This document shows, in pieces, positions 36,014 through 55,137 of a stretch of DNA of 64,000 nt (positions within the stretch are counted from its first letter, which is position 1; each line of letters starts with the position of its first letter). A program made the position numbers and the translations under genes. The notes below the pieces were generated by a model. It was not told the DNA's origin and searched no databases. It saw nothing but the letters and a program-made list of their open reading frames with translations. The stretch is from Lytechinus pictus (lineage: Eukaryota): positions 24,926,001 to 24,990,000 of the forward strand of contig NC_087245.1 in assembly GCF_037042905.1 (NCBI RefSeq), given 5' to 3'.

Positions 36014-39000
36014 AGGGATGGTCCGGGCTTAAAATATTTACATCTTAATACATAGAGTAGAATTCACTGAGCAAAATGCCGAAAATTTCATCAAAATCGG
36101 ATAACAAATAATAAAGTTATTGAAGTTTAGCACTATTTTGTGAAAACAGTCGTCATGAATATTCATTAGGTGGGCTGATGATGTCACATCTCCACTTTCC
36201 GTTTTCTTATGTTATTACATAAAATAATATTTTTTCATTATTTCATAGCTGTGTGAATAATGTCTCCCTTATAATGAAATAAGTTGCAGCAATAAATATC
36301 TAATGCACTAAATCAGTTGTCAATCCAATTTTTCTAGTTCTTGGAGGAAAAAAAATGAATAAACCTCATTTCATATAATAAAATACAAAAGAACAAGTGG
36401 GGATGTGACATCATCAGCCCACCTAATGAATAGTCCAGGATAGGCCCCATAGACAAGGGGTCGAACCTTGTTTTTTTAGATATACAATGTTTTTTTATGG
36501 TTTCTTGTCAATTCGAGGGTGCTGATTCCGAATCTGAATGATGCCACTCTTGTAACCTTGAGCATTTTCCGCAAATTGGCAAAATCCAATATGGCCGCCA
36601 AAATATGCAAATTACCCATGAAAATCATAAAATTGCCAACACATTAGCTATAAAATGCATGTAGTTCTTGTGCAGAAGTGAAATACCAATTGGAAAAGCG
36701 ATATTTGACAAAATATTTATTTTATTGATATTCAAAATGGCCGCCATAACCCCTGTATACTTTATTATGTAGAATATGAATGGGGAAAATATTTTTTCAA
36801 ACAAGAGCACTATTATTGCATGTGATTGTGACCTGCGAGTGGACTACTGTCTGAAAACATGACTATTAACAAAACTATGTCATTTGAATACTATCTAATG
36901 TGATAAATGCTGTATTATGATATTCGAAATGGCTGTCATAGACCCCTTATACTGTGTACAATATATAAAAGGGGACAAATAATTTTCACAACCTTTGAAT
37001 TTGTTTGACTTTAAAATGCCAATAACTGCGAAATATTGGTGTAACACTGTCTGACAACAAGGATTTCTAACGAAACATATCATTTCCCTTGCAATTTCGG
37101 TAATTATGCGGCATGTTGACATTCAAAATGGCTGCCATAGGCCCTATCTGTATTATGAACAAAGCGAATGGAGAAACTAATTTTCACAAGAGTAAAAACA
37201 ATAAAATGAATGTAATTGTAATATATACGAGTGAAATATTGTCTAAACACATGATTTCTGGCGAAACATATCATTTCATCTTTCATGCATGAGATAAATG
37301 CTGTATTGTAAAATTCAAAATGGCCCCTATGGGCCCTTACAGTATTATCTACAATGTAAATGGGGACAAATACTTTTGAAAGAATTAGGATTTGCCCGAC
37401 TATGAAATCCATATAATTCTGTTGTATAAGGAAAATATTGTTTGAAAACGTGATTTTTTTTAATGAAATATAACATTTCCTCTCCCATAGGTGATAAATA
37501 CTGTATTTTGACTTTCAAAACGGCCGCACAAGCCCCTACAAATTCTGTAATATGCGTATAGGGAAACTAATCATCACCAGAATGAGAACCAAAAACGCAC
37601 GTAACTATGTGATGTATAGGTAAAATTTGGTCTTGAACATGATTTCTGACTAAATACATCACATAATGGTTGAGAAGGTAATAAAGGCCTTACTTTGAAA
37701 TTCAAAATTGCTGCCATAGCCCAAAGTAGTATGTTCATTAACTGGGGACAGATAATTTTGACAAAATTTTTACTATGAAAATGGCTTAATTTTGATGCAA
37801 GTGTTAAGTATTGTCTAAACCCAATGATTTCTAACGAAATATATCATAGCTTGTGTCATAAAGGTGATGAATGCAGCCTTTTAAAAAGTGAAAAATGGCC
37901 GCCATAGTCCCTTATCTTAATATGTAAAATTTGAATGGGGAAAGATAATTTCCACAAAGAAACATATTGCAGCCATTTTGAAATTTAAATATAGCATTTA
38001 TCACCTAAATAACATAAGAAATGATCTATTTGGTTACAAAATCATATTTTCAGACGATATTTCACTCATACATGCAACACCATTTAGTCAAGCAAAGCCA
38101 AATTCTGTTAAAATTATATGTTCCCATTCACAAAGTACATAATTTAGGCCTACCGTTAGGGCCTGTAGCGGCCAGTTTGACTTTCAAAATACATTATTTA
38201 TCACCTACCTGTCAGAATGAATGGTATATCTTGTTAGGAATTATGTTTTCAGACAATATTTTACTCTTAAATCACAATTATATGCATGTTATGGTGCTGA
38301 CTCATGTGAAAATTGGTTTCCCAGATCGATTGTACATAATACAGTCAATGAATGTCTTTTGGCGGCCATTTTGAAAGTCAAAATACAATATTTAACACAA
38401 ATATGAAACCCGAATAATATATTTCGTTGCAAATTATATTTGAAGACAGCATTCCACTAATTTACCACAAAAAAATAAGTTTTAGTGCTCACCTTGTGAT
38501 TGTTTTTGTCCTCTCTCACATCGTAGATCATAATTTTAGGGCCTTTGGCGGTCATATTAAATATCAAAATACAGGGTTTATCACATACATGGCATGTTAA
38601 ATAATAAATTTCGTTAACAATAATGTTTTTAGTCAGTATTCCACTCGTTTATCTCAACAAAATGCATTTTAGTGCTCACTCTTGTGATTTTTTGTGTCAC
38701 CATTCACATTGTACATAATAGTGTTAGGGCTTTTGAAGGCCATTTTGAATATCAAAATACAGGATTTATCACATAACTGACATAACAAATGATATAATAA
38801 TTATATCGTTAGCAATCATGTTTACAGACATTGCTTCACTCATAGATCATAATTACTTGCATTTCAGTGCTCAATTTTGTAAAAATTAATTTTCCCCATT
38901 CATATTGTACAGGGGTCTATGATGGCGGCCATTTTGATATCAAGAAAATAAATATTTTGACAAAAATAATTTTTCCAGATATTATTTCACTCCGGCAGCA

Positions 39001-39254
39001 CAATTGCATGTACTTTAAAGCCAATGTGTGGACAATTTTATGATTTTCATGGGTAATTTGAATATTTTGGCGGCCATATTGGATTTTGCCAATTTGCAGA
39101 AAATGCTCAAGGTTACACGAGTGGCATCATTCAGATTCGGAATCAGCACCCTCGAATTGACAAGAAACCATAAAAAACATTGTATATATAAAAAAAACAA
39201 GGTTTGACCCCTTCTATCCTGGACTAGAATACATACTTTCAGCCCGGACCATCC
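36014..39254. mobile_element. Second Kolobok-like MITE, inserted at TTAA and itself interrupted
   Basis: ttaa|agggatggtccgggct ... agcccggaccatcc. Confidence 0.75.
36431..39226. mobile_element. 2.8-kb foldback non-autonomous element, Academ-like (TAG termini, 3-bp TSD)
   Basis: gaa|tagtccaggatag ... ctatcctggacta|gaa; about 300 bp of closely matching TIR, then mirrored ~190-bp repeats. Confidence 0.88.
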
Positions 39255-39444
39255 GCGATTTTTTTATTTTTATCAAAATCAACTCTTTGTGGGAGTAGAC
39301 TTTTCCATCTAGGAGAGTAATAGATAACTCCAAAATGCTTTGTTTTAACAGGCAAAGTTAAGTTTAAACGAATCTTCGCCCCCCCCCCCCCCCCCCCCCC
39401 CCCCACTCCATGGGAAGCCATGTGCCGTAAGAAAATGAATATCT

Positions 39445-39602
39445 GGGGCCCCGTTTCATAAAGAGTTACAACTGTTGTAACTTTGCCATTATGGCAACTA
39501 CCATAGCCAAAGGGCCCAGCAGCCAATCAAAATCAAGGTTACCATGGTAGTTGCCATAATGGCAAAATTACAACAGTTGTAACTCTTTATGAAACGGGTC
39601 CC
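39445..39602. mobile_element. Short palindromic Harbinger-like MITE
   Basis: cccgtttcataaagagttacaactgttg / caacagttgtaactctttatgaaacggg. Confidence 0.8.
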
Positions 39603-40064
39603 TGATGCATTTAGACGATGGACACAAAAAGAATGCAAAGAAAATAAAGGATTAAATTTTTCATGATTAATTTTTCTGTTTTATACAGTGCACTTTCGTT
39701 TCACATTCTGCATACAACCCAGGTTTAGTCCTTCATGTTTTATTTGTTTCTTTTCAAATCTTGCTTTGCCATATATTTACACTTAAATTAAAAACACACC
39801 TCTGTACAATGGAGATATAGATAATATATTTAATTTTGTTCTATCTACATGAAAAATGACTTTCTTTGCGAATATATGTACATCTTCTGCTGTGTTTTTT
39901 CCAAACCATATCCATGCATTATCAGTCACTGTTTCTAGATGCATGTATAGATTTACAATTAATGTTAAATTGCACACCAATGCCTTACAGAGATCTCCAA
40001 CCAGTACCAAGTCAATATATATCTTACAGAATGCTTGTTGGATGTTTCATAAAGCAACTCTTAA

Positions 40065-40225
40065 TACCTCGGTCACATTTGATCTATGGCGGCCGTACGG
40101 CGAGTAGAAAACAGCAGTTTTATTCATTTTTATTCAAACCACCTATGTATAGCTGGTAAAAAAATGTTAAAACGACTGTTTTCGACTGTCGTACAGCCGC
40201 CGTAGAGTAAATGTAACCAAGGTAT
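40065..40225. mobile_element. Short MITE with TAA flanks
   Basis: taa|tacctcggtcacattt ... aaatgtaaccaaggta|taa. Confidence 0.75.
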
Positions 40226-41184
40226 AAGTTACAAATGATTTCAAGCATGACTGGTGACCCTTTCTTGTGGTACAATGTATCCCTATGTCAATGTATTAGC
40301 ACCTCAAAACATGTTCCCAGTCAAGCGCAAAGTCATTTGTAACTTTACAAATTAATTCATGAAATATTCCAAGATCAGAACAGTCCTGCGTTATCCTAGG
40401 CCTGGTATAATCAATTTACACTGGACAGAAATTTTCTTCATTCTGCTAACAGGATTTGGAAGGTCTTCTCAAGCACTACAGTATTATGGAAATACAGAGT
40501 TTATGTTGCTCAAATCTATACCAGGAAAAATAAAATGGGATAAATATTCAAAATGCAATTTAGTCAAATTCTGCCACCCACTTTGCATGGGGAAAACAAA
40601 AAATAACCTGACACGTTTTTTTATATCAAAACCCTGGTCCATAGATGCAGTTTAACTATGGATAGCCTACTGTGAAACTCTTCCGTTTTACAATCGGGAA
40701 ACAACATTGCTTCCATTGGTATGCCAAAGCATATTCTATAAAGGCAGTTAATGGGTGTTGATTGCTAAAATTGTGTCATATCTGCTACTATTTTACAGCA
40801 TGCGGTACATCTCATCTGTCACACGCTGGTCAATTGTAAAAAATGAAGCTTTCACACTACATTAAAGAAATAGAATAATTCACCTTTGATATCCATGTAG
40901 TTGGAATGCTGTAATTTGAAGAATAGCAAACATTGCATGACACATGTTTCTGATGTGATTTGAACATCTAGTGACTTGACTTTGCTATGAATATGCTACC
41001 CAAGAACACTTGATACAGTGCCAAATGATGTACAGTAAATTCATTAAAATGGTATTACTAAAAAACTAAAAGAGAAAACTTAAGTAAAATTCATCTATAA
41101 TTATTCCTTTCTCTGTTCACACCTAAATAGTCATATCCTCAATTATGTTTAAATTCCTTGTATCATAATTCTGAAAAGGCAAGT

Positions 41185-41365
41185 TCCAGGTTCCAGGACC
41201 AGTCCCCAGATGTAACTCCCTCAGAGACAAGTGACAGCTCCCCCTGGGACAACTCCCACCCGACATCTCCCCTTGGGATAACTCCCACGCAACAATTCCC
41301 CTTGGGATGACTCCCACACAGAACCCCTCTCCCTTTGACGACTCCACCCGACATCTCCCTCCCCC
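41185..41365. repeat. C-rich ~15/30-bp minisatellite-like tract (gacaactccc...ccttggga)
   Basis: Seen directly; probably the interior of a decayed MITE. Confidence 0.6.
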
Positions 41366-42016
41366 AAAAACCCCTGGCCCTGAGATCAGCTCTTCAAGAG
41401 GGAAATGCAACCACTGGTCGGCTCTCACAGGGACCACTCTCCTTAGGGTAATCAGTACCCTAAGGAGATCACTCAGAGGAAAACTTTGAAGATGAAGATC
41501 CCCCCCCCCTCCGAGAACAAAACCCTGGCATAACAGCGTTACTACCTGAATGAGGAATTCTGGACATGATACAATTGTCGGATTGATTAACTATACATCA
41601 CAATGACCCAGCCAGTGTACAGCTGTACAACTAGGCATAATATCCATACACACTTCCTCCACAAAATTTGTCATTTCCCATTGGGCCTCTGCACATCCAG
41701 AATTCCCAGCTGATCAAACCCAAGCGTAGGCGTTAAGTTGATAAATTACACCTTAACACTTTACATCTTAATCACTTTGGCCAGGATCACTTCATCAATT
41801 CATAAATAACCTGAAATAAGAAGTACCGGCAGGCAAACGGGCCTATACATTCATTGCTACAAATAATAGCTTGAATTACATTTTATACAGATGGGGGTAA
41901 TAATAATATTGACTAGCATAAGTTTTGAGAGATACCATTCATATATTTCCCTCAGTAGACCCATATTGCCCTTGTCAAGACACTGGCAATATTATGGGAC
42001 TACTTTGGGAAATATA

Positions 42017-42654
42017 CCATGTGAGTAAAAAAACTTGACACCTCACAAATCTTCATTTTAAGGAAAAAACATGTCATGAATGCATAATCGTTATATATGG
42101 TTGGAAAGAGTATCTTCTCCCAAATAATTTGATACCATATTTATGTGGTATTTTGTAACGCTTGGATGATCAGGAGGTATTCTTTGCAGTGATGTAAATT
42201 TTGATTTGTGCCAAAGTAAGGCATGACTGCAAAGAATGAATCCAGATGTCAATGATGAAATAATCCTACAAAAGTTGCATTAAAATCCATTTCAAAACAC
42301 CTTTTCAATAATTTACATTATATTTGTTAAATAAACACTTTTTAGAATCAATTCGCAAGTTAATTTCATCAAAAAGGGATATGCAAATAATTTTACTAGC
42401 TCAAGTAGGATTATGACATCATTGGCACCTGTATTCATTCATTGCAGTCATTCCTTATTTGGGTGCAAGTCAAAATTTAAATCACTGCAAAGAATACCTG
42501 GTGATTATCCAAGCGTGAAGACATACCACATAAATCAAATTATTTGAAAGAAGATATTCTTTCTAACCATATATAATGACTATGCGTTCATGTCATATTA
42601 TTTCCTTAAAATGGGGATTTGTGAGGTTTAAACAGTTTTTTTTTACTCACACGG
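42017..42654. mobile_element. Tc1/mariner-like MITE (TA TSD) with long TIRs
   Basis: ta|ccatgtgagtaaaaaaac ... ttttttactcacacgg|ta; inverted similarity over ~200 bp. Confidence 0.8.
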
Positions 42655-43173
42655 TATATGGTATCTCCCTCAAAGTCAAACAGTATTATATAGATATTTT
42701 CACAAAACTGTCATATGCAAACTATTAATTACACACAAAATATTCAGTTTTCCTGCACGGATACTGTAAACATTCTTCAGTGACCTGCTATTAATAAAGA
42801 TTTCCCAAATCGATTACCAAAGTGATTACGTCATAAAGTCAATGTAATATTGGCCTGGATCTAAATGTTTATAACAAGGCCAATAATACATCTTCTTCAG
42901 TAGAGCTCATTGGGTATATATTCCTACTAATTTGTGATGTGGATGTTTTCCATCATACTCGGAGATATATATACATGTACAAATCAATTACGGGTAATTG
43001 CAAAATCTGTTTTTGTGACGTCACACTTTGGTACCCTTCATCTCTTTAACACTTGTATCTATAATTGTCTGGAAGTACCTCTTCATGCCATTTCATTTGC
43101 ATCAAAATATTTAGGCAGAGTAATAACATACTGTATTCACAAATAAAGGCAGTACCACACATGATAAAGAAAT

Positions 43174-50246
<7,073 letters not shown>

Positions 50247-50353
50247 TTGGGCCGCCCTAGCTTAGAACTAAGCAATATTATCTAGAAATTGTTACATTGT
50301 AGTCATTAAATATGTTCTATTAAATAAATTGATAATGTTTAATCGGTACTCAC

Positions 50354-50860
50354 CGGTTCTTTTGTTGCATTTTCAGACCATTTCTCACAATTCTTCGTAA
50401 ATATTTGCGGCAAATTTTGTCGCCATAGACAGCTTAGCATCCATCTTTATTGATAAATGGAGCGCCCTTTACGATAGTTGTTAATGCCGCGGAGAAATCG
50501 TTAGGCATTTTGGCCTGTGTTCAAGGCGTTCTTTCTGTTTTATTTTTTATATTGAAGATTGTGCATTTGTTGAATAGCGCCGTCTACGTCAGGTATGAGA
50601 TCGAGTGTATAAATACACTCTTCCAAAATAATTATGATTCCGACCTGGCGCTGTTTAACTTCAATCTCTTTCACCTAAATTAGCGATGAATGCTAGCATT
50701 ATAAAATATATATTATTAACGTCTGACGAAAAGAATAACCAACCGATCAGCTGACGAGAACGCGAATCACGTGATCTTCATATCAGCTTCGATCGCGAGT
50801 CAGAAGAGAAGAGCAGCTGCCCAGAAAATCAGGAAAAAGCCGTGAAAATGTAAGTTCCCC
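50354..50860. promoter_or_regulatory. Probable FAM133 first exon and promoter, possibly bidirectional
   Basis: CpG-enriched stretch; minus-strand donor CCG|gtgagt at 50354; tcacgtga E-box near 50767; plus-strand donor gtaagt at 50850. Confidence 0.45.
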
Positions 50861-53093
50861 TTCATTTCTTTCATTTTTTTTGTTGCTAACGATGCATTTA
50901 CACTATAAAATTATAATTTAAATAAGAGAAAGGAATATAGCTTGTACTTGTGATATAATATATAAATATCCTGTTTTCAGAGATTTCTAACCAAAAATAC
51001 TACTGATGTCGCCTATGAGGTTCATACATGTAATGTTGGACCTCATTGGTACTAGGAGTGTGTACATCTAGCTTACACAGTACAGAACCAGTTTCAGTTA
51101 TGCCTTATAAATATAAGTTATGGTTATGGGGATGCGTGACAGATGTTCATAGAAATAGAATCATACAAATCAAATGTGTCCATATTTCACACATTGGTTA
51201 GAATATTGTAATCTCACATGTAGACTTTCATGTAGGTAGACCGTAGTGACTAGTGTAATATCGAATGAACAGATGAAAAAAACCTTATCTTGACTTGAGA
51301 GTGAGACTTGACTTCATTTTCTTGAGTTTCCAACTTAATATTAATTTAAAAAAATTGAGGAAATGAGGAAAACAGATGCTTTGGAGAGTAACCTCGCATT
51401 GCAGTTGATTAGTGAAAAAAAAATTGGTTTACTCTCCATTTCTGTCTCATTGTCTGATAACGTTAGGACAGAAAAAAAGCCCAAATCTGCTACGCCAACG
51501 GCAACGCCAACGGTACCGTTACTTTAGCTCCGCTAAACTATTCGCCCGCCGACCCGGCTGCGCTACCGCTCGGCCTGGCCGTGGGGCATGCAGGGACGAA
51601 TGATTGAGAAAGCTGAAAATTGTGCTTCATTTCGTTGGTCAAGACGGGTGCAAAAGCGCACTAACATCAAGACAAATACTAGCAAATGAAAATATATAAA
51701 TTATCTTACAACTCTCGTGTCTCTCTTTCCCATTGGACTGGTCTAATTTGATCTTCTAACGTTGAAATCGGAGTAAAATTCACTCGTCTTCGAGCTGTCG
51801 ACACCACATAGACGTCGTAAAGAGAGTAAAGATGAAGAGAGCTCACTGCACACCATCGATTAGCACGCAATCCCCTGCACTCGCTGCACGTTACCGTGGC
51901 AGCTCGCAGAGCTAGAGACTACCATATAGATTATAAGTATGCTCATTCACGAAATTAACGTTCAAACGCATTTGTAATAAAGCCATCTCTTTGTGTGTGT
52001 GTGTGTGTGTGTTTTTTTTTTTTTTTGGGGGGGGGTTAGGGGGTCTTGTACCATAAGACACATGTAAAGGTTGTACATGTTACGTTTTTGTATTCATGAA
52101 TTGTAAATACGTTCGTACTCTACTCTCTACCCGTACCCAGAGAGGGCCGCGCCTCGCTCGATCGCCGGGGCGGGGTCGATATAGAGTCAATAAAATCTTG
52201 CAATCTTACAATTAATAAAATGCAGCAGGGGCAGTATGTGGAACGGTTTTGAAGAGGGGGGGGGGGGGGGGCTGACCACGTTCAATATCACAATCAGATT
52301 TTTACATTTTTGTACAGTGCGTGTGAGGGGGGAATCACCCTCTCCCCCGTTTCGCAACCCCCCTATAGGGAAAGATTCATATAGCCAGAATGGGGTAAGG
52401 GTCGTAGATCTAGCCCCCTCGATCCCCCCTCCGGCAGCATAAAAAAGAAGGAGAGAAAATAAGAAGCAAGATGTAGAAAAGAAATGGAATGAGAGGCCGG
52501 AAAAATGAGAAAGAAAAGGTAGTGAGAAAGAATTGTCAAGATACTATAGACCTATATATACTGACACTTAAATATATAGTCAGTCAATGTACAGATAATA
52601 TCACGTCAACTTCGTGCTTTGACTTGTTACATTTAATTTTTTTAAAGAGCTTGTTCTCATCCGTTTCATGATTCAACAAAATAATGTCATATCCCATTTT
52701 CAGGGGTGGAAAAAAAAGTCAGCTCGAGCCTCACCCGTGCACTACAGGCAGGCCTCTGCACAGTAATAGGCCTACAGGTATTCATTTCATAAATTTCTGC
52801 AAACAGCTAGTCCTTAAAATCATCCTTTCTCAGGTAAATAAATCTCAGCTCATGCATCAAGCTTACATTATTTGTGACAAACATATCGTAATTAATTCAT
52901 TAATTCATATACATGCAGAAGTCCCCCACTCATGCTTCTCTAACAGTTGGGGAAAATATGTGAATTAATCTCTCTTACAAAAAACTGCATAGGAAAGCAG
53001 CATGCCATATAATTATCACATAAATTTATAAAAGTAGTCCCTGAAAAGGGCCGGAAGACTTAGATTTTTAGAAGGGATGTATCTCTGTTATAG

Positions 53094-53300
53094 TTATGAT
53101 TCCACGACATTTGCTCTTGCATGAGACTATTGCTCAGCTGCACATTCCACACACTAATATTAGAATGACCAACTTCAACCCTGGATTTAATACAATACCC
53201 TCTCCTAAACCTAAGATAAAACCCTATTGCAACCCTTAGCCTATATCTTAGATGAAATAAAGCATGGAGCATTTGTTGCCAGAGCAAACATTGTGTCATA
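53094..53300. mobile_element. Decayed MITE (gacatttgctc / gagcaaac ends, aaccct-rich interior)
   Basis: Imperfect inverted ends. Confidence 0.5.
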
Positions 53301-54204
53301 CTTATGACAGAATGAATGGAAATGTATTTGTTGGGCTCTTAAGTATTTGATAGTGACATCAGGAGTGTTATTATTATTTTAAAATAATCAAAGTTACAGA
53401 AGCGGAGATAGGACAAAGAGGAAAAACTGTAATATCACACCTTTACGTCTTCTAGCTCTCCACCCCAACCCCCCCCCCCCTTCCTACAACAACACCCTGG
53501 CTCGCCCCTGATTGTACTAATTGTTTGGCAGCTGATATATTCTGTAAGACAATACAAAAGAGATAATTACTATTGATTTCACATTGAAATAATTGCACTT
53601 TATTGAAATCTCTGTCTAATTTAACTATAATTTCATTGTAATGGAAATTTGTTTCAGTAGGCCTACTTTAAATAAATGGAGCAGCATAAATCTGCATATG
53701 ATTTCATAGATTGAAATGGAAATATAATTGGGTCTTACGTCATGAAGAATGAATGATTATAGTAACTTTGCCATTGTATTCCTTGATTTTGATTGGCTGC
53801 TGAGCCCTTTATCACCATCGTTAAACCACAATTGAAAAATTGCCAAAATCATAAACAGACACCATTACTTGCAAAATAATAGATAGACATGAAAAGTGCT
53901 CAGTATTTCCACAAAAAATATATATAAAAAACCTAATCTTTATATGCAGGAAGACCTACAAGTGTGTATAAACTTGATAACTAATGGATATCAAAATAAA
54001 AGTATAAATATTTCTACACAGAAGTAATGAAAGCATTTGTATTATTGTGGACTACATTTAAACAATAATTTAGAAAGATAGATGTATCAGTATTTGATTA
54101 CTAGTAATATTAAATAATATACATAATGATCGAAGACTTCAATTATTTTAGAATACATAATTTAAATCACATGACAATATAAATATGAAGTATACATTCT
54201 GGTA

Positions 54205-54477
54205 TGAGATGCATTAGGTGGGCTTGTGCCAACGTACCGAGTTATCGTGTTGAATGTTCGGGTTTTGCGATTGCCCGACCCGACGCGAAAACCCAATGTG
54301 ATGCCACAAGCTCATTTGGTGTGGGTTGAGGAGGGGAGAAGGGAGGTGTCTTGTAGCTATGTTCTTGGTTGTGTTAAATGAAATTTAAACATATATTTTT
54401 AATATATTGTAATATCCATGAGCAATTCAGTCTTTGTAACTTCGTTGCATGATTTAATAAATACCATACCATACCAT
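54205..54477 (+). mobile_element. 3' tail of a retroposon (L2/CR1 group) containing a long RNA hairpin
   Basis: Ends aataa(atacc)3; long G-U-rich stem at 54212..54321. Confidence 0.6.
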
Positions 54478-54979
54478 TAGTAGCTTGTTTATATGCTGAG
54501 AACTGTTGCAGAGCTTGCGCAATGAGTGTTTGGATGATGTGTGCACTCTGCAAATCTACACATCATTATTTTTATTATCATAATTAGTAGTAGTAACATA
54601 ATTTTTATTGATCGATCTACTCCCATAAATTTGGACAATCGATGATGCTTATACTCCTTCTCTTATGCATATATACTCCATTTTATAATTTCTATATACA
54701 AAGATTTATGTTCATTTGCCAATATACTTATGTTCTCAATGAAATGATGATCATGACTTATTATATTTTGTGACATTAAATTGATCACTTCATTTCTATC
54801 TTGAATATCCTTTGGTCTTTTATTCAGGGTGGTTAATTACATGTAGCCTATATATAAATAAGTTAATTAGAGCAGTTTCTCTCTTGACAGCTACTGCGTT
54901 GTACTTTCAGCTGGCATCCATCTTGGACTTGCCCGTAAGAGGTGATTAGATAATACATCAAGGTTTTAATGGAAGACAC

Positions 54980-55137
54980 TTAATATTTGGTGAGAACCAG
55001 GAGTAAGACCATGTTGATGACTGCTCCCGTAATACCTAGAGATGGAAAGCCCAGATTGGTCAGGAGTTCAGCACCGATGATTGGCGCCAAGGTACCAAGG
55101 AGGGATGTGCCAGCATGGGTGAGACCAAGGATCGTTC
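54980..55137 (-). CDS. SLC22A18: SLC22A18 last coding exon
   Basis: GTILGLTHAGTSLLGTLAPIIGAELLTNLGFPSLGITGAVINMVLLLVLTKY*. Confidence 0.88.

Larger units (their letters stand above)
35515..39308. mobile_element. Outer Kolobok-like MITE, split by nested insertions
   Basis: 35515..36009 resembles the body of the 21124 family; the matching terminal piece resumes at ~39255..39308. Confidence 0.6.

Noticed and set aside
36730..38940. Regularly spaced motif array as a CRISPR-like locus
   Set aside because: Eukaryotic context, ~190-bp period, mutually homologous spacers, no cas genes.
51053..51170. Possible H/ACA snoRNA (atataa H-box, terminal ACA)
   Set aside because: Hairpins are weak and such boxes arise by chance in AT-rich DNA; needs a snoGPS or Infernal search.
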